Shown in pieces: positions 36,037-43,623 of a stretch of DNA of 43,623 nt (the stretch's first letter is position 1; the number at the start of each line of letters is the position of its first letter). The notes under the pieces are model-generated. The model saw only the letters and a program-made list of their open reading frames with translations. It was not told the origin of the DNA and did no database searches. The position numbers and the translations under genes are program-made. The DNA comes from a virus. Lineage: Duplodnaviria > Caudoviricetes. The DNA is taken from the IMG/VR virus record IMGVR_UViG_3300032212_000034, positions 1 through 43,623 of that record, one strand, 5' to 3'.

Positions 36037-37347
36037 GTGAGACTGGTTCAAGTAACAGACGGCAAGATCCGCGAGCGTCACCTGCGAAACGTCATTGAGC
36101 GTTTCGGCGGCGACCCTCGACGGGCAAAGTATGAAGCGGCGAAGTGGATTGCCAACACTATCGCTCTGGAAGTTTTGGTCGAGAAGAAAGCTCGCAAGGA
36201 TCTGACGATCGACCCGCGAGATATTGACTTTCACGACCTGGCAAAAGTCTTTATGGCTGCGGAGGCCTGGGCCGCCGTTGCGAACAATCGCGGCGACGAT
36301 TACTCTCGTGCTTTGCATATGGAGAGCGGCGATCCAATCCGCCTTGGAGATTTCTTCGGTCCTCTCGGCGGCCAGATTATCTTCAGTGAGATCGCTCTTT
36401 CCATGCAAGAGGAAGACGATATCTCGGCGCAGCTCGTCACCGAGCGGGCCTCTCGTTTCCGCTTCGAGCGGATTCCTTGGTTTCAAGAATTCAAAGACGA
36501 GCAACCAAACACCCGCGAAAGCGGCGAAGCCTTCAAAGAAATCGGCTTTGGTCGCGAGTTCATTGAAACTCCACTCACCGAGGAGTTTGGCCGCCTGATC
36601 ACCGTCGAAGAGCGCGATATCTTCTTTGAGCGACTCAGTCAAAACGGCGGAATGGGAGTCATGGATAAGGCTCGCCAGGTCGGCAAAGTTATTGCCTGGG
36701 AAAAGCAAGACAAGATCCTCAAGGGCGGTCCCCTTGGACTGGTTAATTACAACTGGTCTCGCGCCTTACCTGGAGCGGGTCTTGCGCCTTACGTGACTGG
36801 AGCCCCAACACCTCCAGCTGATTGGACCAACCAGCTCCCTGGTAATCCTCTCGTTGACAAAAACTCCCTCCAGGTCTTGCAAGATCTCCTCGACGCAATG
36901 GTTGACCCAGTTTCTGGTCGTGCTGTTGAAACTGACGGAGTGAACCTGTTGACCTCCAAGGCGAACCGTTACAACGCCCAGCATATCGTCAACGCGATCG
37001 AAACCCGCGAGGTTCGTCCAAGCGGCATTGAGACGCTGACTCGTGGCAATGGCTTGAACGTTACGCCCTCATTGCACCACTCTCAACAAGTGGCTCGCCT
37101 CGCCGCCTCAACGGGCGTCTCGACGTCTCTCGCGAACGCGGCTGGCATGTATTGGTATGGCAATTTCAAAGAAGCCTGGGGCTGGCTGTCAAACTGGGGA
37201 ATGCAGGTCGTTTCCTACGGTGGCACCAACACCGAACAATACGTTTCTCGCGGCGTGATCTTGAAGGTCAGAGCGGGTATGATGGGAGGCTTCCACTGGA
37301 GAGCGAACGGACCTCGCAAAGTAACGCGGAGTTACAACGTTCTCTGA
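36037..37347 (+). CDS. Major capsid protein (HK97 fold, Mu gpT-like)
   Basis: 436 aa in capsid position; ESGEAFKE, EEFGRLITV, WYGNFKEA; terminator follows. Confidence 0.85.
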   Translation: MRLVQVTDGKIRERHLRNVIERFGGDPRRAKYEAAKWIANTIALEVLVEKKARKDLTIDPRDIDFHDLAKVFMAAEAWAAVANNRGDDYSRALHMESGDPIRLGDFFGPLGGQIIFSEIALSMQEEDDISAQLVTERASRFRFERIPWFQEFKDEQPNTRESGEAFKEIGFGREFIETPLTEEFGRLITVEERDIFFERLSQNGGMGVMDKARQVGKVIAWEKQDKILKGGPLGLVNYNWSRALPGAGLAPYVTGAPTPPADWTNQLPGNPLVDKNSLQVLQDLLDAMVDPVSGRAVETDGVNLLTSKANRYNAQHIVNAIETREVRPSGIETLTRGNGLNVTPSLHHSQQVARLAASTGVSTSLANAAGMYWYGNFKEAWGWLSNWGMQVVSYGGTNTEQYVSRGVILKVRAGMMGGFHWRANGPRKVTRSYNVL

Positions 37348-37379
37348 TTCCTGAGCTTTTCAATATGCAGCGGAAATTT

Positions 37380-37424
37380 GCGGCGGCGGCAGCTATGATT
37401 TAGTTTGCCGCCGCTTTTTTATTT
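37380..37424 (+). terminator. Intrinsic terminator after the capsid gene
   Basis: GCGGCGGCA/TGCCGCCGC stem followed by TTTTTT. Confidence 0.75.
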
Positions 37425-37433
37425 GGAGGAATC

Positions 37434-37724
37434 ATGGCTCAAGAATCATTGTCAGCGAAGTATCTCGACCTGTTGAATAAGTGGATCGCAGCTCAAGACC
37501 TTTACTTGACGCAAGCGGCCCAGGCTCCCACTACGAACCTGCCGCCAACTGTGACAGCTCCGAATGGTCAAAAGGTCGATTACAACAAGTTTTATGAGGT
37601 TTGCGCAGCTCAGATCAAGTGCTACGACAAGCTCTACAGAGACGCTTGCACCAAGGAAGGCGCGGACAGTCCGCGAATGATTTACACGCAGCTAACACCA
37701 ACGAAAAGGCGATTAAGATGGTAG
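37434..37724 (+). CDS. Putative head-tail adaptor
   Basis: GGAGG SD; small helical protein after the capsid gene. Confidence 0.5.
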   Translation: MAQESLSAKYLDLLNKWIAAQDLYLTQAAQAPTTNLPPTVTAPNGQKVDYNKFYEVCAAQIKCYDKLYRDACTKEGADSPRMIYTQLTPTKRRLRW

Positions 37725-38110
37725 GTCCAAACCTTGACCTTTCTCTCATGTTCAGCTTGAACGCCAATCCAGAGGACGTAACTTATGAAGAGACGCCGCC
37801 CAGGGTCGAAGACCAGGACACAGGAAAGCTCCTCCCAGCAGGCCTCGCTACAAGCATTTCTCTTAAAGCTATTCGCGGCGGCAGCGGCAGGGGGAACGGA
37901 CCAACCGACACCTACACCGACCAAGCAAACGGACGTTCCAAGCAAAGAGGAACAGTCTTCTGGTTCGCAGAGATTGACATGGCTTCAACGGTCCCGAAAC
38001 AAGGGGCGCTGATCATTGGAGCTGACGGCGATCGGTTCAGGATTCACCGAGTTGAATTCGACCGCTTTTCACAGATTTACGAGTGCGACGTGAGGCGGGT
38101 CGGAACGTGA
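37718..38110 (+). CDS. Putative head-closure / head-tail joining protein
   Basis: PKQGALI...DGDRFRI..V pattern; neck position. Confidence 0.6.
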   Translation: MVGPNLDLSLMFSLNANPEDVTYEETPPRVEDQDTGKLLPAGLATSISLKAIRGGSGRGNGPTDTYTDQANGRSKQRGTVFWFAEIDMASTVPKQGALIIGADGDRFRIHRVEFDRFSQIYECDVRRVGT

Positions 38111-38559
38111 CAATTGAAGAGCAGGGAGCCGCTTTTATCCAGGCGATCGACGGCTTTTTTGACGTCGTTCGTCAGCGCCAGGTCAACCTGGAGCTGGTCT
38201 TTAGAAAGATCATGATCGACCTCTTCAATGCGATCGTTTTGGCAACTCCGGTCGACACTGGACAAGCCCGAGCTGGCTGGCGTTTGCAAGGCGGCGGCCT
38301 GGATTACTCAATGACGTTGTCGAGCGAGGGAGACGTGACGGTGAACAGTCAACCGTCGATCGTTCAAAACTTCAGAACCGGCTCGATACCTGGGGCTCCC
38401 GCTCAGGTTTACCGCTTCGAGAATTCCGTCTTCCATATCGTTTTTCTGGAACGAGGCTCTTCCAACCAGGCTCCCTCGGGTATCGTTGAGGTCAATTTGA
38501 GGAGAGCGACCGCAAGGATTGACCAAGCAATCAGGGCGGCGACGAGGAGGAACCAGTGA
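38107..38559 (+). CDS. Tail completion protein (HK97 gp10-like)
   Basis: TPVDTGQARAGW and LERGSS.QAP.G motifs. Confidence 0.85.
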   Translation: MTIEEQGAAFIQAIDGFFDVVRQRQVNLELVFRKIMIDLFNAIVLATPVDTGQARAGWRLQGGGLDYSMTLSSEGDVTVNSQPSIVQNFRTGSIPGAPAQVYRFENSVFHIVFLERGSSNQAPSGIVEVNLRRATARIDQAIRAATRRNQ

Positions 38560-39029
38560 GCAAATTCATACGAACCTACGCCAAGCTTACACTGCGAAAG
38601 CGTATCAAGGAAATTATGGGCTCCGTTGCTCGCATTCTTCCAGAGGAATACGAGCAAAATGGTCCTGGCGCTGAGGAGTGGTATTACCCTTTTATCGGCT
38701 CGCAAGATCCAAGGCCGATAGCTGGCGATCGGCGGCGAATGTTCTTTCTTGAGGTTCGCGTCAACGTCTTCTCTCGGTTCGCCCGAGATCGCGCAGACGG
38801 CGATACAGTTGCTCTCGACCGTCTTTCCGACCTGGTCCAGTCTGGACTTTCAAAGTTTTCTGCGGATATCCTGGACCTTGACAGCGCGGCCCCTCACAAT
38901 ATCCAGGGCAACGTAAGGCTTGACGAGGGAAGGATTGACCCAATCCCAGAGAACCCTCGAACGCCTGGTATAATTGGGCTATCATGCGTATTCTTTGCTC
39001 GCGTAGTAAACTCTGGACCGTCGAGGTAA
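38556..39029 (+). CDS. Putative tail terminator protein
   Basis: Located between the gp10-like gene and major tail gene; typical size. Confidence 0.6.
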   Translation: MSKFIRTYAKLTLRKRIKEIMGSVARILPEEYEQNGPGAEEWYYPFIGSQDPRPIAGDRRRMFFLEVRVNVFSRFARDRADGDTVALDRLSDLVQSGLSKFSADILDLDSAAPHNIQGNVRLDEGRIDPIPENPRTPGIIGLSCVFFARVVNSGPSR

Positions 39030-39032
39030 ACA

Positions 39033-39536
39033 ATGACAGTCACAACCCAACAGCTGAGTGATCTTCAGTCAATCAAGATCAAATTCAAAGACGGGGCTCC
39101 AGTTCCCAACGAACTGGAAATGGACATGATTTTGGAATTGTCCGCCTCTCACAACACCGAAGGCGAGCCGATTCGTGACCGCTCTAAGATACGTGGCTTT
39201 GGACGAGGCGAGCCTCAACCGGCCACTTTGACGATCAATGGTCATTACACCAGCTACCGAACCAAGACGCTGCCTGGCGGTCCTCCGATTTCTCCTCGTG
39301 ATTTCATGAGCGGGAAGTTTCCAGGCGCGACCTCGAAGCCAACAAACGGCTCCAAGTTTCACTTTGACGTGATCATTGAAATCATTGACCCAAGCGCTCA
39401 GAACACTCAAAACGAGCGTTTGACTTACAACGATTGTGAAGTCACTGGAATCGAATTCGCGGCAGAAGTCGGGTCGAACAAGCTCAATTTCTCCATTCGT
39501 TCAAGCGACGTTGAGCCAGAGTCAGAGTTCTTTTGA
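39033..39536 (+). CDS. Major tail (tube) protein
   Basis: Beta-rich 167 aa preceding chaperone and tape measure; no sheath gene seen. Confidence 0.65.
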   Translation: MTVTTQQLSDLQSIKIKFKDGAPVPNELEMDMILELSASHNTEGEPIRDRSKIRGFGRGEPQPATLTINGHYTSYRTKTLPGGPPISPRDFMSGKFPGATSKPTNGSKFHFDVIIEIIDPSAQNTQNERLTYNDCEVTGIEFAAEVGSNKLNFSIRSSDVEPESEFF

Positions 39537-39592
39537 TCGCTCTCTGACGGTTTAATTTCCAACAACAGACTCACCTGAAAGGTTTTAATCCA

Positions 39593-40183
39593 ATGAAACT
39601 ATCGAAGCAGAACAAGAAGAAAAAGATCAGAGTGGCTTTGCCTCTGAAGCGGCCTGTTGGAATGGACAACGTAATTGTCTTTATTCAAGCCGTTCCAGTC
39701 GGCTGGGTTCGCAGGACTCACCACTTTTTCCCCGAGGATTACACTGGAGTTCCAGTCATTGTTACCGCGATCGGCGGCGGCAGACCTGATTCGATCTTGC
39801 CTGACGAAAAGTCGGTTGAGTTTCAAGAAGCTGTTGCCAAGAGAGACCTTCGCTTGAAGGCTTTTACGATCGCTATCGGCCTTGACTGGCACGAGGAACA
39901 ATCCTTCGACGTCGACTTTCGCGAAACCTTCAAGAAGTCCCAGGCGGATCGAAACGCCGCCGCTGACAAGATCATTGAAGAAATGTCGGCCGAGGGTCTG
40001 ACTGGCGGAGATATCGACCGGATCTGGCAGGGGATCATGACGATCTCGAACGAAATGGATCTGTGGGGTGATCTTGGTTCTGATTTTTTGGCGTTCCCGC
40101 TCGTCGGGGAGTCCTCGACGGGCCAAGAGAACACAATTTCAGAAAGAAAGTCCAAAAGCGACCCAGAACCCGCCTCTACTTAA
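39593..40183 (+). CDS. Tail assembly chaperone (gpG-like)
   Basis: Located before tape measure; contains slippery T TTT TTG. Confidence 0.75.
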   Translation: MKLSKQNKKKKIRVALPLKRPVGMDNVIVFIQAVPVGWVRRTHHFFPEDYTGVPVIVTAIGGGRPDSILPDEKSVEFQEAVAKRDLRLKAFTIAIGLDWHEEQSFDVDFRETFKKSQADRNAAADKIIEEMSAEGLTGGDIDRIWQGIMTISNEMDLWGDLGSDFLAFPLVGESSTGQENTISERKSKSDPEPAST

Positions 40184-40368
40184 TTCACAGGCTGGGTGAG
40201 AGATTCGGCTGGGACGATCCAGAGGATCACTTTTTGAAGCTTGGAGAACAAGTAGGAGGCTACTCCAAACAGGAAAGGCTCTTACAATACGAAATGATCA
40301 GGGAAGAGGAGGAGTCCCAAATGAGAGCTCCGTCTTGCCCCTGGCTTTCCGCGAAAGGTAAGAGCTAA
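40084..40368 (+). other. Programmed -1 frameshift giving a gpGT-like extension
   Basis: T TTT TTG at 40084-40090, hairpin at 40099-40123, -1 frame open to TAA at 40366-40368. Confidence 0.8.
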
Positions 40369-43092
40369 ATGACCTTCAATTTCCAAGTCGGTTTCGATTC
40401 AACCCCGTTTGAGAAAGGCCTGAAGCAAGCTAGAGACGCTTCGGGCCGCTTTGTCAAAGCGACAACGGACGATTTCAATAAAGCGGCGGCAAACCAAAAA
40501 GCGGCCTTTGACAGTGCCTCCAGGTCTGCAACAACGTCTTTCTCAAAGACTGCCCAAGGTTCTCGCAAGGCAGTGACCGCTATCGAAAAGGTCAGTGCGG
40601 CAGCTCGTCGAGCAGGTTCAACAGTTTTAGCAGCTGGAAAGCGTGGAGCTTCCGGTTTTTCTCGTTTGACAAGCGCAGCGACCAGGTCGGCTAGAGGCAT
40701 TGGCGGAGCAATTTCCGGCCTGGTTTCCGGTCCACTTGCAAGCCTGGGATTGATACTCGGCGGAGGTGCCCTCGCGGCAGGTTTCGCGACGAACGCCCTG
40801 GCATTGGAAAAGTCAGCGGCAGAGGTCGCGACGATCGTTGACGAAACAAAAGTTCCTCTCCAAGCAATCATTAAAGACGGCAGGGATCTAGCTGCGACCT
40901 TTGGAATCCAAGGCGTCGAGGCGACTAAGGCTCTTTATCAAGCGATCTCTGCGGGCGTCGAACCGACCAAGGCAGTTTCATTTCTCAAAGACGCCGCGAA
41001 CCTTACGACGGCTGGCCTTGGAAACCTGGAAGACACAACCAAGCTCCTCGCTGGAACATTGAAGAGCTACGGGCTCGAAGCCGACAAGGCCGGAGCTGTT
41101 TCGGACGTTTTCTTTTCGACGGTGAAAGACGGAGTTACAAACATTCCAGAGCTGGCCGCCTCGATCGGTAAAGTGGGGCCTCTTGCCAGCTCGGCAGGGG
41201 TTTCGATTCAAGAGCTTGGAGCCACTGTTTCAACCTTGACTCAAAGCGGACTGTCGACCGCTGAAGCCGTGACTGGAACCCGCGCAGCAATACAAGGATT
41301 CGTCAAGCCAGCAAAGGAGGCGAAAGCCGTTGCAGAGCAGTTTGGAATCGACTTGTCCGCGACCGGCCTGGCCTCTCGAGGTCTCGGCGGATCTCTCGAA
41401 AACCTCAAAGAAGGTTTGGCGAGAGCCGAAGAACAAGGCTTTTCCACTACCGAGGTCACGGCTCAATTGTTCGGCTCCGTTGAGGCGGCTAACGCGGTCC
41501 TCAAGCTCACCTCGAAAGACGGCCTTGAAAAGTTCCAAGGATCACTGACAAACGCTCAGAACAGCCTGGGAGCGACCGACAAAGCGACAGGAAAGATCAA
41601 CAAGACGGTCGGCCAAAAGCTGAAGGTTGCCCTGGCCTTTGCCAAGAACGAAGCTGGCAAGCTCGGGACGGAATTCTTGAAGCTCGTCGAGGACGGCTTT
41701 GAACTGATCGGAGGTATCGAGGGAGTCAAGGCGGCAATAACTGGACTCCGCTTCGCTTTCTCTGGAACGTTCAAGCTTATCGCGGCCACTGTAAGAACCT
41801 CTGTGAACACCATAAAGACTTTGATAGACGGCTTTGTCGCTGGTATCAAGGTCGCTGGAAACGCAATCCTGATTGTTGCTCGTCGAGCCCAGCAGGTGAA
41901 AGCTGCTTTGTCTTTTGACTTTGACGCGGCGGCGGCTTTCTCCAGGGAGGCCGAGGATCTCGGGCGCGAAAACTCCAGGCTTATCAAGAAATTCCAATCG
42001 TCGGCAAAGTCTAGAAGTCGTCAAAACGAACTCGCTTTCAGAGGTTCACTCAACGACTTTTCCAAGGCGAACAAGAGCTTTCAAAAGATCATTTCTGGCG
42101 ACCTTCCAAAAGCGAACCAGGCCGCCGCCGCTCCAAGGAACTCGATCGCTGAAGACCTCGACATAAATCGAGACAAGGCGATTGATCTTGCTCGACAACG
42201 CGACGAGCGACAGCGTCAACAGGCGGAGCTGGCCGCGCAGAAGGCAGCCGACGAAAAGCTTTTGAAGGAACAAAAGGCTTTCGATAAGCGGCAAGCGGCA
42301 GACGACAAAGCTCAAAAAAGCTTACTCCGAGATCAACAACGAGAATTCGACCGACAAGCCAGGGAAGACAAGAGAAATCAAACCGCCTTCGACAAGGAAC
42401 AACGAAGGCTCCAGGGAGAGGAAGAGAAGGCGTTCAGGCAATTCGAGCGGGAGGAAGCAAGAAGACGCGGCGAGGATATCAAGAACTCCTCACGCGGCGT
42501 TAGAGGGAGCCTGAGGGATACTCTTTCTTCGTCGTTCCGCGAGGGCGTTGCTGACGCTGGACCAGCTTTTCGATCGGCATTGAGGAATCAGATCTCTGGA
42601 GTTGTAGCGACAATACAATTCGACTCCGAGGCTAGAGGACAAGACGCGTTGAGACGTTCCAATCTGGCTTTGCAAAGATCGGCTGGATTCTTCAACACGA
42701 GCTTGACAGGCGGCAGGGTCGGACCTGGCGGGTCAGGAATATTCGGCCAGCTGACAGCTCAAGAAGCCTTTGAAGCAAGACAAGCTGGGATACCAGGATT
42801 CAGGAACTCGGGCTTTATTGGCGGCAGCGGTCCAGATGATTCGCAGCTAGTTCTTGCAAGTCCAGGCGAATTGTTCGTTCAGCCAGACCTGGCCGGTATT
42901 GTCGCGCCGATCGTTGGAGCCCTGAAAAGAACGACTCCCTCAGAACTTTCAACACTGGACCAACGCTCGCAAGGCGTTAATATCGGTGAACAAAACTTCA
43001 ACATAGGCGGAGGCGGCGACCCTCAATCAATTGCCGCCGCAATCATGCAGGAAATGCAACGAGCCAGGACGCTCGGGCAGGAGGCATTATGA
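40369..43092 (+). CDS. Tape measure protein (TP901 family)
   Basis: 907 aa, Ala/Gly-rich; ALYQAISAG, VKDGVTNIPELAASIGKV, LFGSVEA motifs. Confidence 0.95.
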   Translation: MTFNFQVGFDSTPFEKGLKQARDASGRFVKATTDDFNKAAANQKAAFDSASRSATTSFSKTAQGSRKAVTAIEKVSAAARRAGSTVLAAGKRGASGFSRLTSAATRSARGIGGAISGLVSGPLASLGLILGGGALAAGFATNALALEKSAAEVATIVDETKVPLQAIIKDGRDLAATFGIQGVEATKALYQAISAGVEPTKAVSFLKDAANLTTAGLGNLEDTTKLLAGTLKSYGLEADKAGAVSDVFFSTVKDGVTNIPELAASIGKVGPLASSAGVSIQELGATVSTLTQSGLSTAEAVTGTRAAIQGFVKPAKEAKAVAEQFGIDLSATGLASRGLGGSLENLKEGLARAEEQGFSTTEVTAQLFGSVEAANAVLKLTSKDGLEKFQGSLTNAQNSLGATDKATGKINKTVGQKLKVALAFAKNEAGKLGTEFLKLVEDGFELIGGIEGVKAAITGLRFAFSGTFKLIAATVRTSVNTIKTLIDGFVAGIKVAGNAILIVARRAQQVKAALSFDFDAAAAFSREAEDLGRENSRLIKKFQSSAKSRSRQNELAFRGSLNDFSKANKSFQKIISGDLPKANQAAAAPRNSIAEDLDINRDKAIDLARQRDERQRQQAELAAQKAADEKLLKEQKAFDKRQAADDKAQKSLLRDQQREFDRQAREDKRNQTAFDKEQRRLQGEEEKAFRQFEREEARRRGEDIKNSSRGVRGSLRDTLSSSFREGVADAGPAFRSALRNQISGVVATIQFDSEARGQDALRRSNLALQRSAGFFNTSLTGGRVGPGGSGIFGQLTAQEAFEARQAGIPGFRNSGFIGGSGPDDSQLVLASPGELFVQPDLAGIVAPIVGALKRTTPSELSTLDQRSQGVNIGEQNFNIGGGGDPQSIAAAIMQEMQRARTLGQEAL

Positions 43093-43623
43093 GCAACGGT
43101 TTAGGCGGCGGCCTCTTTGAAACTGGAACTCCATACGAACCCGTGACAATGAATAAATTCATGCCAGGCGGAGCGGTTTACGCAGCTCCCTCGGGAGGAT
43201 TGAAGGTCAACGTCACAGGTCGAACGGTTGTGGTCAGTGGAGGATTCCAGCTCTGGGACCCAGTCGCTGACCTGGTTCTTGTTGACAATGCATTGCAATA
43301 TGTTTGCTTGGAGGTAAACAATTACAACGACCCAGCCTTCAAGCTGCCGACTGTTTTACCTTCGATTCCGACGAACCTGGACACGATCGTTTTGGCTCAA
43401 GTTCAAACAACTGGCGGAGCAATTCAATTCATTAACCAGCTACAGGAAAGAGTGAGGAACCTCGCCTCGACTGGTGTAAATAGCTTGGCCGTGACTTCTC
43501 CAGTCCAGAACGACGGAACGGCAACAGATCCAATTATTTCAATGCCAGCAGCTACGAACATAAGCCCAGGACATGCAACTCCATTCCACATAACCAAGCT
43601 TCTAGGTATTGAGGATAACGCTG
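43043..43623. repeat. Terminal direct repeat / circular overlap, copy 2
   Basis: Matches nt 1-581 with 4 substitutions. Confidence 0.97.

Noticed and set aside
36010-36708. 232-aa minus-strand ORF (and similar ORFs opposite the portal, TerL and tape measure)
   Set aside because: Antisense shadows of well-supported structural genes.
42180-42480. Quasi-repeats in the tape measure C-terminal region (AFDK/EFDR/QFER)
   Set aside because: Ordinary helical periodicity of tape measure proteins.

Overview
The window looks like a complete, circularly permuted tailed dsDNA phage genome of siphovirus type. The unit length is 43,042 bp, and nt 1-581 recur at 43043-43623 with 4 mismatches. Modules in order: tail tip and fibre genes (47-4833); holin plus overlapping spanin pair with no recognisable endolysin (4830-5627); leftward early genes including a GIY-YIG nuclease, zinc-finger proteins and a Sak4-like AAA ATPase (5602-13664); an AT-hook/RHH regulator and an HNH-fused replication initiator with internal iterons (13776-16050); a putative DNA-modification cluster of ParB-like, cupin, IbrA-like PAPS reductase, IbrB-like ParB/Srx and a degenerate class II glutamine amidotransferase (16777-22635); terminase, adhesin/fibre genes, portal, head, neck and tail genes with a -1 frameshifted tail chaperone, and tape measure (22632-43092). 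I saw no integrase, DNA polymerase, tRNA, CRISPR array or reverse transcriptase. Genome-wide, GCGGCGGC/GCCGCCGC is strongly over-represented (about 60 copies by hand count), GATG/CATC is nearly absent, and I found no GTAC. Several structural proteins resemble, from memory only, those of Planctomycetota prophages. All product calls come from motif recognition, not database searches.
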